Origin: a virus
Virus record (IMG/VR): IMGVR_UViG_3300031857_000133
Span: 2,904 to 66,903 of that record
DNA: 64,000 nt
Direction: 5' to 3' (one strand)
Shown: piece by piece, positions 36,801-45,957 of the stretch
How the letters are laid out: each line of letters starts with the position of its first letter
Numbering within the stretch: position 1 is the stretch's first letter
Notes under the pieces: model-generated
What the model was told of the DNA's origin: nothing
Databases searched by the model: none
The model's input: only the letters and a program-made list of their open reading frames with translations
Translations under genes and position numbers: made by a program

Positions 36801-39800
36801 TGCTGTTGAATTATTTGAAAATACTCTTGTTGAAGCAATATTGTATGAACCACGGCAAGTACGAGTTACAATATCAATCGCAGCATTAAAATCTGTTGCT
36901 ATGATATTTCCTCCATCTCTGTCAACAAACGAATCGACAAAGATGCCATTTTTAGGTCTAGATACGCCAACAGAGTCTCGAATTGTTTTATCACTCTTAT
37001 TAATTGTGGCAAGTTCCGCAATTGACAATGAAGTATAAAGTTCTAGATTCTGAATACGTTTGTCTAGATTTCCAATGTCTCTCATCGTATAACGACGATT
37101 ACTGATTGACTGTATCGAAGTTGATGTTGCCGTCGCAAGATATGGAGTATACGACAAAATATACAGCGTCATACAATCATCTGGTTCAGTCGGAACAACT
37201 GGAGTTAGTGAAGGTGTGCCCTGTAAAATTTGGAAATTTCTATTTTTATTCAGAACGATACGATCAATTCTTGGTAAGTAATATTGATAGTCCGTAATAA
37301 TATCTAATCCGGGTTCAGAAATTTTTGGACCAAGAACTGCTTCGTCCACATTCAAAATAAAATTGTTAGCGTAAGAAAGTAAAGTCGCATCACGACGAGT
37401 CGGTCTAAAATCAAAAAAGTCTTTTAAAAGAATTGTTGTTCCATCTTGTGCTGTAAACGACGGAATTTGTCCATAGTCGATTCCAGATCCACCATTTTCT
37501 TGTGAACCTAATCTTGTATACGAATCTACATCAAAATAACCTGAACCATTTGATGTGAATCGATTATAACGAACGAGCAAAGGACCTCTTGGAGCATTTT
37601 GTCCGGGTTTTAAAACAATTGCAGACCAATCATAATAAGAATCTTTTTGTCCGGTGTTCAATGTATAACGAGATGTCACATTCGCAGAAGATCCTTCCGA
37701 TTTATCAAGGGCATCATAATTCGTGGTGTTTATTGTTGTGCCATTAAAATCAAAAATTGCATTAATCGAATAAACATCGGTCACAAACAGATATTGTGGT
37801 ACACCCGCTCTTCTCTGAATAAACGATTCTGCGATAATTGTTTGACCATCATTCGGCGCAATATAGACAGTCGTATTACCGGAACCACCTCCTGTGCCGA
37901 AAACGGACGTAGGTGGGTTACCAGATGTTGGATCAACGAGCTTTGTGTTTGCTTTAACAAATGTTTTTGTCTTTGAAGTTGGATTTGACGCATTTACAAC
38001 AGCATAAATGTTCGCTGTCATATTTGCCCCATCTGTTACTGAAATTGTTCTTGCCGCAGTATCTACAGTGAAGTTTTCAGCAGGAACAGTTCTTCCAACT
38101 TGATACCAACTTGTTCCAGATGCTGTTGGAATAATTTGGTAATATCTTTGTTTAGCATCAGTAGTCGTAGCACTTTGTAACGATTCGCCAGTACCTAGGG
38201 AAAGTGTTTGTGACACACCCGCAGTAAACGTTACAGTCTGATATAGTCTCTTATATGAATATGAAAAATCAGATATAGTGTTATCTGCGATATTAAATTC
38301 GCCAATTCTAATAAGAAGAGGCTCGGCTTTGGCTTCTTGTACGGTTACCGGCTGATACAAGCCACCAGTAGTAACGATAGATGTGGGTGGCGCACCAACT
38401 GTTTCATTTTTAGAGAGTGGTGAAATATTCGCAGAAGCAACTCTATTTGCTCCTGATCTGACAAGCAATGCCTCTACCGAATCGAATCGTGTATCTAAAA
38501 TAAAACGATGTCCTGTGCCCACTGCTGCTGAAAAGGGTCTATCAACAGTAGCAGTTCTTGTTGAGCCAACATAATCAGTAATAACTCTTGATACGTTATC
38601 TCCCGGATTTCCGTTAGGCGCACCACCAACGATTCTTAGAGTTAAACCCTTGTAAATGTCATTGTTTGAACAGAAACCATCCGGGAATACAATAGTCGAA
38701 GTTGATCCACCGGTAGCATTAATACCATATCCACTATTTGAACCAATTGAAGTTGTGTTAATGTCTGTTAGATAAACTTTATAAATGTAGTTATTACTTT
38801 CAGCGGTGTTACCCGATACACTATAGAATGTGGATAATTTAACTTTTGCGGTACCCATTGTAGTGTTCACAATGTTCGATAAATTCCCGCTGTAAAACGC
38901 TATTAAACCAGCATTTAAAAGAGATAAATCAACTGTGCCGTACTGATTCGTGGCAAAATTGCCATACATGCCATTTGCGAAAACATAATAACCATAATCT
39001 GTGCCGATTCTTCGGTTTGATACCGCTTCGGTCGTTCTAGGCTTTGCTATGGTAAAAATAGTAGGTGCAGCGGTCTGAAATTCGTATCCCTTAATGTATG
39101 CTTTACCGGATGAAAGGCTGATATTAGCAAATGCAGAATTCGATGTGCTATCTGTAACCGCAATTGTAAAGTTTTTGATTACATAATCACCAGATTCATC
39201 TGATGTTCTTCTTGCCAATTCATCACCAATAGCCGCATAAATTGGAGTCTGTACAACTTTTTGAGGAACACCATTATCAATAATGGCTAATTCAACAAAT
39301 CTGGTCAAATCGATACTGTTTAATGGACGATTGTCCAGTGTCATTGTAATTTCATAACGATCTGCACCGGGTGCTTGGAAGTTGGAAGAGCCCTGTGCTG
39401 GATCAAGCAACGATGTATCTTCCGAATAATCAATTAAATCTTCCGAAACAGTGAAGCCGATAATTGAATTACCCTGACGAGTATACTTGTTTACTGCAAC
39501 CGATTGTGGTTGTGTTTTAACAAAGAAGCCGTCATAGTAAAATACACCTTCGTTGACAGAAAACGCTTGGCAGTTGCCTGTAGGACTTGATGCTGCTACG
39601 TTGGCGTAGTAAGTTATTGCCGATGGATCAGTATTTTGAGTGTAAATGGTTTCATCAGCGGAGAATGAATCACCATACAATTGATTGATGATGAATGTAA
39701 TAGGCTCACCAGCGTTTGAATCTGCTGCGTAAGACTTTAAAACATATGCTCTTTTTGTATTGGCAGCATTACGGATAGTTTGTTTATCAAAATTAATATA

Positions 39801-40064
39801 TGAAATATCTTGACTGGAATATGTCGAAGCGATATTGATATAAGCAGTATTTTGAATTACAATTTGACCGCCAGTTACAACTGAACCGGTTTGGAAGATG
39901 TGGTCGCCAAATTTTTTAATTTGATCTTGAATTATTGTTTGAAGTTGTGTTAATTCACGTGCTTGAACCGCATTACCCGGCTTAAACAGTACACGATAAT
40001 AATTTTTGTCGTCATCAAAATCGTCGTAGTACGGATCAACATTAAAATTTGTAGTTAGTGCCAT
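33831..40064 (-). CDS. VrlC/DUF4815-like large virion (baseplate/fibre-anchor) protein
   Basis: TNFNVDPYYDDFD...YYRVLFKPG.AVQARELTQLQ, APGADR, LARRTSDESGDY, YTMRDIGNLDKRI and DPLAQTF motifs; follows gp8. Confidence 0.85.
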   Translation of the reverse strand: MALTTNFNVDPYYDDFDDDKNYYRVLFKPGNAVQARELTQLQTIIQDQIKKFGDHIFQTGSVVTGGQIVIQNTAYINIASTYSSQDISYINFDKQTIRNAANTKRAYVLKSYAADSNAGEPITFIINQLYGDSFSADETIYTQNTDPSAITYYANVAASSPTGNCQAFSVNEGVFYYDGFFVKTQPQSVAVNKYTRQGNSIIGFTVSEDLIDYSEDTSLLDPAQGSSNFQAPGADRYEITMTLDNRPLNSIDLTRFVELAIIDNGVPQKVVQTPIYAAIGDELARRTSDESGDYVIKNFTIAVTDSTSNSAFANISLSSGKAYIKGYEFQTAAPTIFTIAKPRTTEAVSNRRIGTDYGYYVFANGMYGNFATNQYGTVDLSLLNAGLIAFYSGNLSNIVNTTMGTAKVKLSTFYSVSGNTAESNNYIYKVYLTDINTTSIGSNSGYGINATGGSTSTIVFPDGFCSNNDIYKGLTLRIVGGAPNGNPGDNVSRVITDYVGSTRTATVDRPFSAAVGTGHRFILDTRFDSVEALLVRSGANRVASANISPLSKNETVGAPPTSIVTTGGLYQPVTVQEAKAEPLLIRIGEFNIADNTISDFSYSYKRLYQTVTFTAGVSQTLSLGTGESLQSATTTDAKQRYYQIIPTASGTSWYQVGRTVPAENFTVDTAARTISVTDGANMTANIYAVVNASNPTSKTKTFVKANTKLVDPTSGNPPTSVFGTGGGSGNTTVYIAPNDGQTIIAESFIQRRAGVPQYLFVTDVYSINAIFDFNGTTINTTNYDALDKSEGSSANVTSRYTLNTGQKDSYYDWSAIVLKPGQNAPRGPLLVRYNRFTSNGSGYFDVDSYTRLGSQENGGSGIDYGQIPSFTAQDGTTILLKDFFDFRPTRRDATLLSYANNFILNVDEAVLGPKISEPGLDIITDYQYYLPRIDRIVLNKNRNFQILQGTPSLTPVVPTEPDDCMTLYILSYTPYLATATSTSIQSISNRRYTMRDIGNLDKRIQNLELYTSLSIAELATINKSDKTIRDSVGVSRPKNGIFVDSFVDRDGGNIIATDFNAAIDIVTRTCRGSYNIASTRVFSNNSTANFNVEVNGPLMMLASSTTTFVSQNRASKTMNINPFNIVNYIGTIKLDPPSDVWKSTTRLEAQNIDLSGGEAARDAWSSIQSTTWGAWNTQWTTTEEVLSRGPQIGGVTNTNQRWQGNLLLADQERTFLNTVRETQTLNASRTGILAQIVPQSLTQSFGDRLIDLSIVSYMREKNVLITAEKFKPFTTLHAFFDNVSVDDKIAKVNRFKMFENNLKYQTQFSNFETVTFYQATSTTSLESTDTVIGTGGVTLTSNNNAFISNMNPSASFGSWDQCATNGIWVKGNVTGETYRATNWYHSTGRVAAATSTTVTLAFSAGGASETADYIGQRMYIVNGTGKGQSSIITAYDSSTRIATITGSWATTPDTTSVYTIGLLETTEEGACAGVFLIPGDTFRTGEKVLRLIDDEFNNIENSRTNGDVSFYAQGIVDTKQETAVTVFTPTVTRSTVNESFSSSTSSIKSTTSTEVQRNVVIGWYDPLAQTFLINPNTYAQGIVIDSVRVCFKTKDSTAPVVCQIRPVVNGYPSASTIYPYAEKTLTPDQVNLTTIPDLNDSNKYTEFKFDVPILLLPGEHSFVLVSNSNGYECFIAEIGATDLRTSVKISEQPYTGSLFLSQNGSTWSAEQLSDIMFSIQKRVFSSTVGYGFFEADMSEYSANSVYDVMQVMTTDAVVANTSILYDFVSEVETGGQHQLLPIVPNEDYECDDGFGRRILSTTTGNTTFQLRATLRSTNPDISPMIDLTRLNLLTIENKINTLPLQNTGFVITNGGSGYTGNATVTFTYPAGTPGPAQGSGAAAVGIVTGGVLTRIELTNPGTGYIASPTITLNSSGGVTATAIYNGEDRALGGNSDVRYITKKLQLVPGFEAGDLRVYMDAYRPAGSGILVYYKVLSDSDTASFDDNNWVLMTEGSATNNFVSANKYDYAELVFAPGTYGSGIFDNRLSYTSASGGTYRDFSLFAIKVVLYGTDKVNVPKFSQLRVIALPASTLSTT

Positions 40065-40074
40065 TTATTAACCT

Positions 40075-41646
40075 TTAAAATCTAACAATAAGTTTGATAT
40101 TTTCAGCTTGACCTTCTGCTCTTGTCGTTTTTGTTGCGTTTTGTGTATAGAGAATATCACCAGAATATGGTTCAAATTCTGGATTTTGAACGGTAACAAC
40201 CAAACGATCCGAAACGCCAGAACTTGCGCCTCTTAAAGGAACACCAGTTCTAAACGTGCCCCTAACATTTGTAAGTCTGACTTGATCAAACGACTGATCT
40301 AAAACTGAGCCGTGTGCAATTGTATTTGCTGCTGTAGTATCGTTTGGCAATCCTTGATATGCAAACTCATCGATTGAATAATTCGAACCAGCAGTTATGG
40401 TTAGAACAGTTGCTTGCGAAACGACGGCACTAGCATTTACTGCCGATACGACGGTGTTTTCACCATATTTATGAGGATTCACGAAAATACCATATTGTCT
40501 AAAAGTTGTATTTGCTGGTATTTTTCCGTTTTCTGTCGAATCAATTTCACCAATTCTCGATACTACCATAACACTATTAGCACCAAGTTCTCTTGCTGGA
40601 TTGTATGCGTGACCATATTTCATATCACGAATTACACGTACAGACGCATTTGAACCTGTGCCATAAACAAAAGCATTTGCTCTCGAATAATTGGTTCCGA
40701 TTGTTGTTACTGTAACTTTAGTTAAAAATCCATTCGCATTAACTGTGGCTGCGGCAACGGCACCTGTCCCATCACCATCGATGTATATACGTGTCGTTAA
40801 TGAAATTTGATTTGCTGTTGTATTACCACCACCTGCTGATGTAGTTGCTGTAGACAAGAAGATGTTATTATTTGGCACATCTAATCTTGAAATAAATGTT
40901 CCTGGTGCAATACCTGTACCAGAAACAATCATGTTGGCAGCAACGTTTGTGGTATTTGCTAAAGTCAGTCTTGTGCATCCTGAAGAGAAAACAGGAAGAA
41001 CTGCTACGTTATTTTCATAGAAGCCAGAACCTGTATTTTCAACAACGATTGTTGTAAGTTCGCCGTCAACAACTCCAATTAAATTTATTCCATAGTCCAA
41101 TTGATTTGTGCTTGATGGCGCTGGAATCCAATCGTCTGCCAAAAATTTATTCGATGGCTTAACATTAAACATGTACTTCCAAATGTAACCATCAGAAGTG
41201 GCAATATTACCATTAGATGATGTATAATCACCCGTTGGCTCGACAGTAGAGTTGGCAGATGCGTTATTTGAAAGACATTTGTAAACGTTTCTTTGAGATG
41301 TAAAAACATACATCGGTCTAACGTTGAGTGATGTGTTTCCTGTTAATAACTCATCCAAATCGATCAAGTCATCATACTGTTTGTATTTTGTATTTGAAGT
41401 CCAAGAAAATTTAGGTATGACAAGTTCAACGTCATTGCCAGTAATCTTCTTGGCAGCAATCATGTTTTCCCATGCAAGTTTCTCATCATTCACAGAATCT
41501 ACGATTGAATTTGGGACGTTTTCGTCAAAATAAGGTAAATGATTGCCAATAAAAACGTAGCCAATTTCTGGCGCAGGCTCATAGAAAGATTCTTTGAACT
41601 GAACCGCAGAGATATATGGTATTTTTTTAGTTGTAACTGAAGTCAT
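40075..41646 (-). CDS. gp8: baseplate wedge protein gp8
   Basis: WENMIAAKKI, NVYKCLSN, TSDGYIWKYMF and YSGDILY...ENIKLIVRF motifs. Confidence 0.9.
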   Translation of the reverse strand: MTSVTTKKIPYISAVQFKESFYEPAPEIGYVFIGNHLPYFDENVPNSIVDSVNDEKLAWENMIAAKKITGNDVELVIPKFSWTSNTKYKQYDDLIDLDELLTGNTSLNVRPMYVFTSQRNVYKCLSNNASANSTVEPTGDYTSSNGNIATSDGYIWKYMFNVKPSNKFLADDWIPAPSSTNQLDYGINLIGVVDGELTTIVVENTGSGFYENNVAVLPVFSSGCTRLTLANTTNVAANMIVSGTGIAPGTFISRLDVPNNNIFLSTATTSAGGGNTTANQISLTTRIYIDGDGTGAVAAATVNANGFLTKVTVTTIGTNYSRANAFVYGTGSNASVRVIRDMKYGHAYNPARELGANSVMVVSRIGEIDSTENGKIPANTTFRQYGIFVNPHKYGENTVVSAVNASAVVSQATVLTITAGSNYSIDEFAYQGLPNDTTAANTIAHGSVLDQSFDQVRLTNVRGTFRTGVPLRGASSGVSDRLVVTVQNPEFEPYSGDILYTQNATKTTRAEGQAENIKLIVRF

Positions 41647-41655
41647 AAATTATAT

Positions 41656-44600
41656 TTATTGCTTAAATATGATTGCTGTCTGTGCATTTGATGTCTGATA
41701 CCACGACACTGGATTAAAGGTAATTTTAGCACCCGAACCAGCACTATTTGGAGTCACATCTGGTGTATAGTAATACTCTCCAACTCCTTGAAGCACACTA
41801 TTACTATTTAGTGTAACTTTACGGATGGCACCATTGCTCGGATAAACTTCAACAAGCGCATTGGCTGCGGTGTTTCTGCCAGTAAATCCAACAGTGATTA
41901 CAGCATTCGTTTGAACGTTCGCAACAGGAGTGATCGTAAACACAGCGTTTGTATATGAATTGCTGTTCGCCGTAAGTGTTACAGTAGCAGTTTGACCAAC
42001 ATTTGTGGTTGTTGTGAGTGTCAAATTAGCCACGTTTCTAGTGTTAGCATTGTATCCTATACCGAAAGAAGCCGCAGTTGTTGGCGTTTGCAATGTAGCA
42101 GTAGCAGGATTCAAAACACCTACGACGATAATATCTGCGCCATTAGCATATAGTCCAACATTACGCATAGTTGTTCTAACGATTGCGCCGAATGCGCCAT
42201 TTACTTCTACTGTGCAGTTTGCCACAAGATTGGCGGTCGATTGTGTGGTCGAGAATACGATGTTGCCGTTCACATATCCTGAACCACCAATTAATGGACG
42301 AACTTCTGTAATAGAAACTGGAGTAATATTTGGCGTAACATTTGAAGGTGGAATACGATACAAGCCCGCATCCACAATCAAAATAGAGTTCATGTTAATT
42401 ACACCATTTGATGGAAATACATTGTAAGTTGCTATGGCATCTCTTACAGCGATACCACCAGTGAATACGAATCTACCATTCGCAAGTGCAACACCAGCAA
42501 AAGTATTTGTAGCAGTATTGGATGTAATTGATATCACAGAGTTTGGCGAATTATTCATTACCGCCGTTGGTAAAGTGCCATTTGCATACAAGCCAGGATC
42601 GACGATTGTAATTTTACGAATCTGACCATCCAGAGGTTTCATCTCTAATGTAAATGATGCATTACCAATATTCGCACGTGCAATCGGAGTTCCTTTGTAC
42701 AAACCTTTATTGAATAGCGTGACGTTTTGTACGAGGCCTTCTGTTGTTACATAAATTCGTGCGTTTGCTGCAATGTTGTCATCTCCGCCACCTGTAAATT
42801 GAATGAAACTATTAACTCCGTAAGCAAAGGCGTTAACGGCGATAGAATTTACTTGTGCAGAGTATTGTGGGAAAGTTTCAACACGAATTGTTGCTTGACG
42901 ACTTGGATCGCCTCCAGAAATTACAAGAACACCATTTGAGTGTCCGTTACCAGTGCTTGTTACAGTTACCGAAGAAATTACAACGTTTGCATTAGTATTC
43001 GGTCTAGCCAATGGAGCTGATTGATATAATCCAGAGTCAATTACTTCAACAGTATTTACTACGGTATTTGGGTGTACAATTAATCTTACGTTTGCATCTC
43101 TTAATGGTGAACCACCAGAGAATATCAGCCATCCATTTGAGTAACCTTGTCCACGAACATTTATTCTAATGCTATTCGCATCAATTACACGATGTGGGTT
43201 ACTATCTGGTATTGCAATAGGTTTGTTGGCATACAAACCACCAGACACAAGTGTTAATGTTCGAATCGTACCATTTGAATTAAATACTTCTACGTTTGCA
43301 ACTGCTGGTATTGCTTCATCTGTGCCAGAGAATGTCATCACGCCATTTTCGTAACCAGAACCACCAGCGGTGATTGTGAGGCTTGTGATTTGTCCACCGC
43401 CATTCGAAAACACCAGATATCCATTTGAATATCCAGAACCAGCATTAGCAATTACAAGATTTGAGATATTTGATGTTGTAATTATAGAGGTGTTGCTAAC
43501 AATTGTATTGATTTTTCTAATCTCACCATTAACGGCGATGAGAGAACCTAATGACAAAATGCCTCTTGTGTTTGCAATATTATATTTTGTACTATTGCCG
43601 GTAACAACTACTCTACCATTTCCGACATTAACTGTACCAGCAATCGTATTTGCGGTGAAACTTTGAACTGCCACATCAGTTAGTTCTACAAGATTTTCTT
43701 TGTTGTATAGTGCGTAGTTGACCATACCAACAGGATGCAACAACTGCTTCAGCATTGACTTATATTTGCTGAATTCTGTTTTTGAAGAAATCACATATGA
43801 GTAATCAACATAGTAATCTTCACCTTGAATCTTTCTTTCAAAAGAAGAAATAATAGAATCTGATGTAGTCCAACGACCTGGTGCAGATGCATATGAACGC
43901 TCAATCTCTGCTGTTGCTGTGGCGGTACCATCTCCACCAACGATACTTACGGTAGGATTGTATTCGTAACCAGAACCTGGATTAATAACTTGAATCGAAA
44001 TAATTTGACCGTTAGCAGTAAAGCCAGTAGGAGTTAAGATTTCACCATCACCAGCCAACGAGTCGATTTGAATATTGGCGCCTAATCCTGTATTGGAACT
44101 AACAGAAATTGTTGGAAAATTACCTTGCGTATAACCATAACCACCGAGTGGCCAACGATCATATACACCAATTTTTTTGTTTGATGCTGAATATGTAAAT
44201 ACTGATGAAACTGTGGCGATAGTGTCGCTTGTGATAGAAGAAACTATTCTCGATTCATTGTTAATATCTACAAGGTCGCCACCTTTCAAATCTTGTGTGA
44301 AGAAAGTTCCTGTTCCAGTAATTTCATTACATGCGGCTGAAACAGCACCCACACCACGGATACGAGAATTAGCAGAGTCGATTCTTTGAATTGCACCAGT
44401 AACAGATATTTTACCAACAACAGCGGCAGCCATTTGTCCATAAGTACCAGGCGGATTTGATCCAAAAATAACTTCATCACCGATTTGATAATTTGAACCA
44501 GCATCAACGATTCGATAGCGACCAATTGATTTCAAACTCTTAGAGTATCGGAAAGGAGCTGATGCGTATTGTGCGCCAGCGGCATCTAAGAACGTCGAAT

Positions 44601-45957
44601 TCTTTTCTGTTAACGGTACCGTAGAAGAAAGAATTTTAACATTACTAATTGGACCAACAGTGAGTGTGACATAGTTAATAGCATTAGCGATTGAGTTCGC
44701 AACGTTAATAAAAGGCCTTGCAAATGCTGAACCAAAGTTTGCGTTAGTTATGGCCGACTGTACATTTAAATTAGAGATTACATCAGGTGAAACTTTAAAT
44801 GAGTTTGCTGCGTTGGCACCGGACGTATCAATATTATCAACAACAACAGTCATTGTTGTAAATGCGCTGTTGCCATATACGGAGATTGGGGATGCATTTG
44901 TAAATACTGCACCGCCGTGTACAATACTTACAGTATCAATTTCACCAGTAATAACTCTCTCAACAGTGCCGAAAGCATTAACGGATGCGTTTCCACCAAA
45001 TACGAAAACAGAATCGCCTACACTATAGTTGTTTCCTGCGTTTGTGATATTGAATTTTCTAACAATCGAAAATGTCGATGCTCGAATGTCAATTGAAATA
45101 TTATTTGTCTCATCATTAATTGGTATTGTAACGATCTCACCATTTAAAAAATTACCACTGAGAGATTTTAAATTGATTAGAAGTTCAATAGGTAAACCAA
45201 GATTTAACGTATCTGAGACAATTCTTCGACTTGCAGTTTCAATAATTGCCGAAGCACGTGAAGTAATTCCTGTAACTTTACGATTGTTTAATAATGTAAT
45301 ATCAAAATTTTCGTAATTTACATTAATTATTGAGCCGTTGGCAGGAGCAACGACAAAATTCAGTTGACGATATTCTTTGTTAATAAAGTAATCAACATTT
45401 GGAATTTTAATTACATTATTTACGTAAACACTTACTTCATCTTTTCCAGACTTTTGTGCAAGATAAAATGTCTTGTTTGTTCCATTTCCAACATAGCGGC
45501 TTGAAATATCAGGATTAACTCGTAAACGATTGTCTATTTGCCAGTTACTAGCCGATGCACGAAGAACATTATTTTTTGGTAAAATGATATCAATATCTTC
45601 ACCAAATACCAATTGAAATAAAAGTTTGAAAGAGTTCTCTGAACCCTTTGTTTTATATAAAGGCAAAAGGTGTTTGAACAAAAGTGCTTTGTTCGATTGT
45701 ACTTCAAATGGTACTAAAGCGCCATATGTGTTGTAAAAATTGGCTTCGAATTGATCCAAAGAATCATCAACATCTCGAATATTTCTTAAAGTTTTTGCTG
45801 TTGTGACTAAATTATTTGAAGTGGGCGCAGTGTTGGCCTGAGTTTCTAAAAACTCATAATACGCTTCTAGGAACGAGATGAACTTCGGATATTCATCACG
45901 GATAAATTCTGGTACCTGTTGATTAACAAGTATCGATGTTTTTAAATCTACGGACAT
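41656..45957 (-). CDS. gp7: baseplate wedge initiator (gp7-like) with many GxGY beta domains
   Basis: QQVPEFIRDEYPKFISFLEAYYEFL, YKTKGSENSFKLLF and YYVDYSYVISS...LLHPVGM motifs; lies between gp6 and gp8. Confidence 0.75.
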   Translation of the reverse strand: MSVDLKTSILVNQQVPEFIRDEYPKFISFLEAYYEFLETQANTAPTSNNLVTTAKTLRNIRDVDDSLDQFEANFYNTYGALVPFEVQSNKALLFKHLLPLYKTKGSENSFKLLFQLVFGEDIDIILPKNNVLRASASNWQIDNRLRVNPDISSRYVGNGTNKTFYLAQKSGKDEVSVYVNNVIKIPNVDYFINKEYRQLNFVVAPANGSIINVNYENFDITLLNNRKVTGITSRASAIIETASRRIVSDTLNLGLPIELLINLKSLSGNFLNGEIVTIPINDETNNISIDIRASTFSIVRKFNITNAGNNYSVGDSVFVFGGNASVNAFGTVERVITGEIDTVSIVHGGAVFTNASPISVYGNSAFTTMTVVVDNIDTSGANAANSFKVSPDVISNLNVQSAITNANFGSAFARPFINVANSIANAINYVTLTVGPISNVKILSSTVPLTEKNSTFLDAAGAQYASAPFRYSKSLKSIGRYRIVDAGSNYQIGDEVIFGSNPPGTYGQMAAAVVGKISVTGAIQRIDSANSRIRGVGAVSAACNEITGTGTFFTQDLKGGDLVDINNESRIVSSITSDTIATVSSVFTYSASNKKIGVYDRWPLGGYGYTQGNFPTISVSSNTGLGANIQIDSLAGDGEILTPTGFTANGQIISIQVINPGSGYEYNPTVSIVGGDGTATATAEIERSYASAPGRWTTSDSIISSFERKIQGEDYYVDYSYVISSKTEFSKYKSMLKQLLHPVGMVNYALYNKENLVELTDVAVQSFTANTIAGTVNVGNGRVVVTGNSTKYNIANTRGILSLGSLIAVNGEIRKINTIVSNTSIITTSNISNLVIANAGSGYSNGYLVFSNGGGQITSLTITAGGSGYENGVMTFSGTDEAIPAVANVEVFNSNGTIRTLTLVSGGLYANKPIAIPDSNPHRVIDANSIRINVRGQGYSNGWLIFSGGSPLRDANVRLIVHPNTVVNTVEVIDSGLYQSAPLARPNTNANVVISSVTVTSTGNGHSNGVLVISGGDPSRQATIRVETFPQYSAQVNSIAVNAFAYGVNSFIQFTGGGDDNIAANARIYVTTEGLVQNVTLFNKGLYKGTPIARANIGNASFTLEMKPLDGQIRKITIVDPGLYANGTLPTAVMNNSPNSVISITSNTATNTFAGVALANGRFVFTGGIAVRDAIATYNVFPSNGVINMNSILIVDAGLYRIPPSNVTPNITPVSITEVRPLIGGSGYVNGNIVFSTTQSTANLVANCTVEVNGAFGAIVRTTMRNVGLYANGADIIVVGVLNPATATLQTPTTAASFGIGYNANTRNVANLTLTTTTNVGQTATVTLTANSNSYTNAVFTITPVANVQTNAVITVGFTGRNTAANALVEVYPSNGAIRKVTLNSNSVLQGVGEYYYTPDVTPNSAGSGAKITFNPVSWYQTSNAQTAIIFKQ

